A stretch of 63,940 nucleotides of DNA, counting the filler, from Catajapyx aquilonaris (taxonomy: Eukaryota): assembly GCA_000934665.2 (NCBI GenBank). It is 3 parts of 3 records of this genome, joined end to end, with 100 filler letters (N's around TTAATTAATTAA, not from the genome) between each part and the next. Parts side by side here need not be neighbours in the genome. Positions count along the whole stretch, not along the records: positions 34,542 to 63,940 come from JYFJ02007013.1; 2 more parts are not named here. One strand, written 5' to 3'. The position numbers were made by a program, and so were the translations under genes. The first letter of the stretch is position 1; every line of letters begins with the position of its first letter. The notes under the pieces are model-generated. The model saw only the letters and a program-made list of their open reading frames with translations. It did not search any database and had not been told where the DNA came from. Below, in pieces: positions 63,345 through 63,940 of this stretch.

Positions 63345-63635
63345 ACCGTACTGGCCATCAGGGGTGACAAACGCCGTCTTCTCGCGGTCCTGTACCGCCA
63401 TCGCCACCGGATCCTGCCAATATCCACTTTCTAGGTCCAAGGTCCTGAAGTACCGCGACCCGCGCAAGCGGTCAAGAGCGTCATCAATCCGCGGCAAGGG
63501 CCACACCGCCTTCTTCGTCACGGAGTTCAACCGCCTATAGTCGACACAAAATCTCCACGTCCCATTCTTCTTCTTCACCAGCACCACAGGTGAGGCATAT
63601 GGGCTTCGGCTCTCGTGAATCACGCCCCTCTGCCT
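63345..63635 (-). mobile_element. Gypsy reverse-transcriptase fragment
   Basis: SPYASPVVLVKKKNGTWRFCVDYRRLN..TKK...PLPRIDD.LD...YFRTLDLESGYWQ...DREKTAFVTPDGQY. Confidence 0.92.
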
Positions 63636-63940
63636 ACTCACCTACGGCAATTCCATCTTAGAATGTCTCGAGGAATCTACATCCGAGAGAAAGTGCACCC
63701 GTCCATGGCCACACTGTATATCAACAAACCAGGCTCCAGAGAAATATTCTTGAACAGGACGTACCCCTTCTGATTGGTCCACTTGAACCAGTACCACTTC
63801 TCCTGCTGAATAGGTTGTTTACTTCTTGCCGTACAGCTCCGGGTCAAAGAGCTTATACTAGGAAGAGTGGAAAAAACGGTTTCCAAGCGTCGCCACTTTT
63901 TGGCCAGTTGTTTGGCCAACGTGTTTTGCTGTTGGCTCAC

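Overview
Eukaryotic, arthropod-like genomic DNA with short GT-AG introns. It is not one continuous locus: two artificial 100-nt spacers (N44-TTAATTAATTAA-N44 at 17172-17271 and 34442-34541) join three contigs. Contig 1 (1-17171) holds the 3' exons of BPTF/NURF301, a complete PIG-X, a complete MPG and the first two exons of GTPBP4/NOG1. Contig 2 (17272-34441) holds STUB1/CHIP converging on a DeSI1/PPPDE peptidase gene with a long C-terminal helical (PUL-like) region. Both contigs are sprinkled with SINEs and MITEs. Contig 3 (34542-63940) has no intact host gene. It is a mosaic of short, broken pieces of many unrelated mobile-element families (Sola-like, Polinton-type pPolB, OTU, R1-like, Gypsy, Crypton-like, P, IS3EU-like, Academ-like, NOF/MULE, hAT, piggyBac, Tc1/IS630, pogo) plus a PIM-like kinase and repeated unknown exons. 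About 20 orientable pieces lie on the minus strand and only one or two on the plus strand, so contig 3 is a candidate uni-strand (flamenco-like) piRNA cluster dominated by DNA transposons. All family calls come from recognising motifs by eye; no database search was run.
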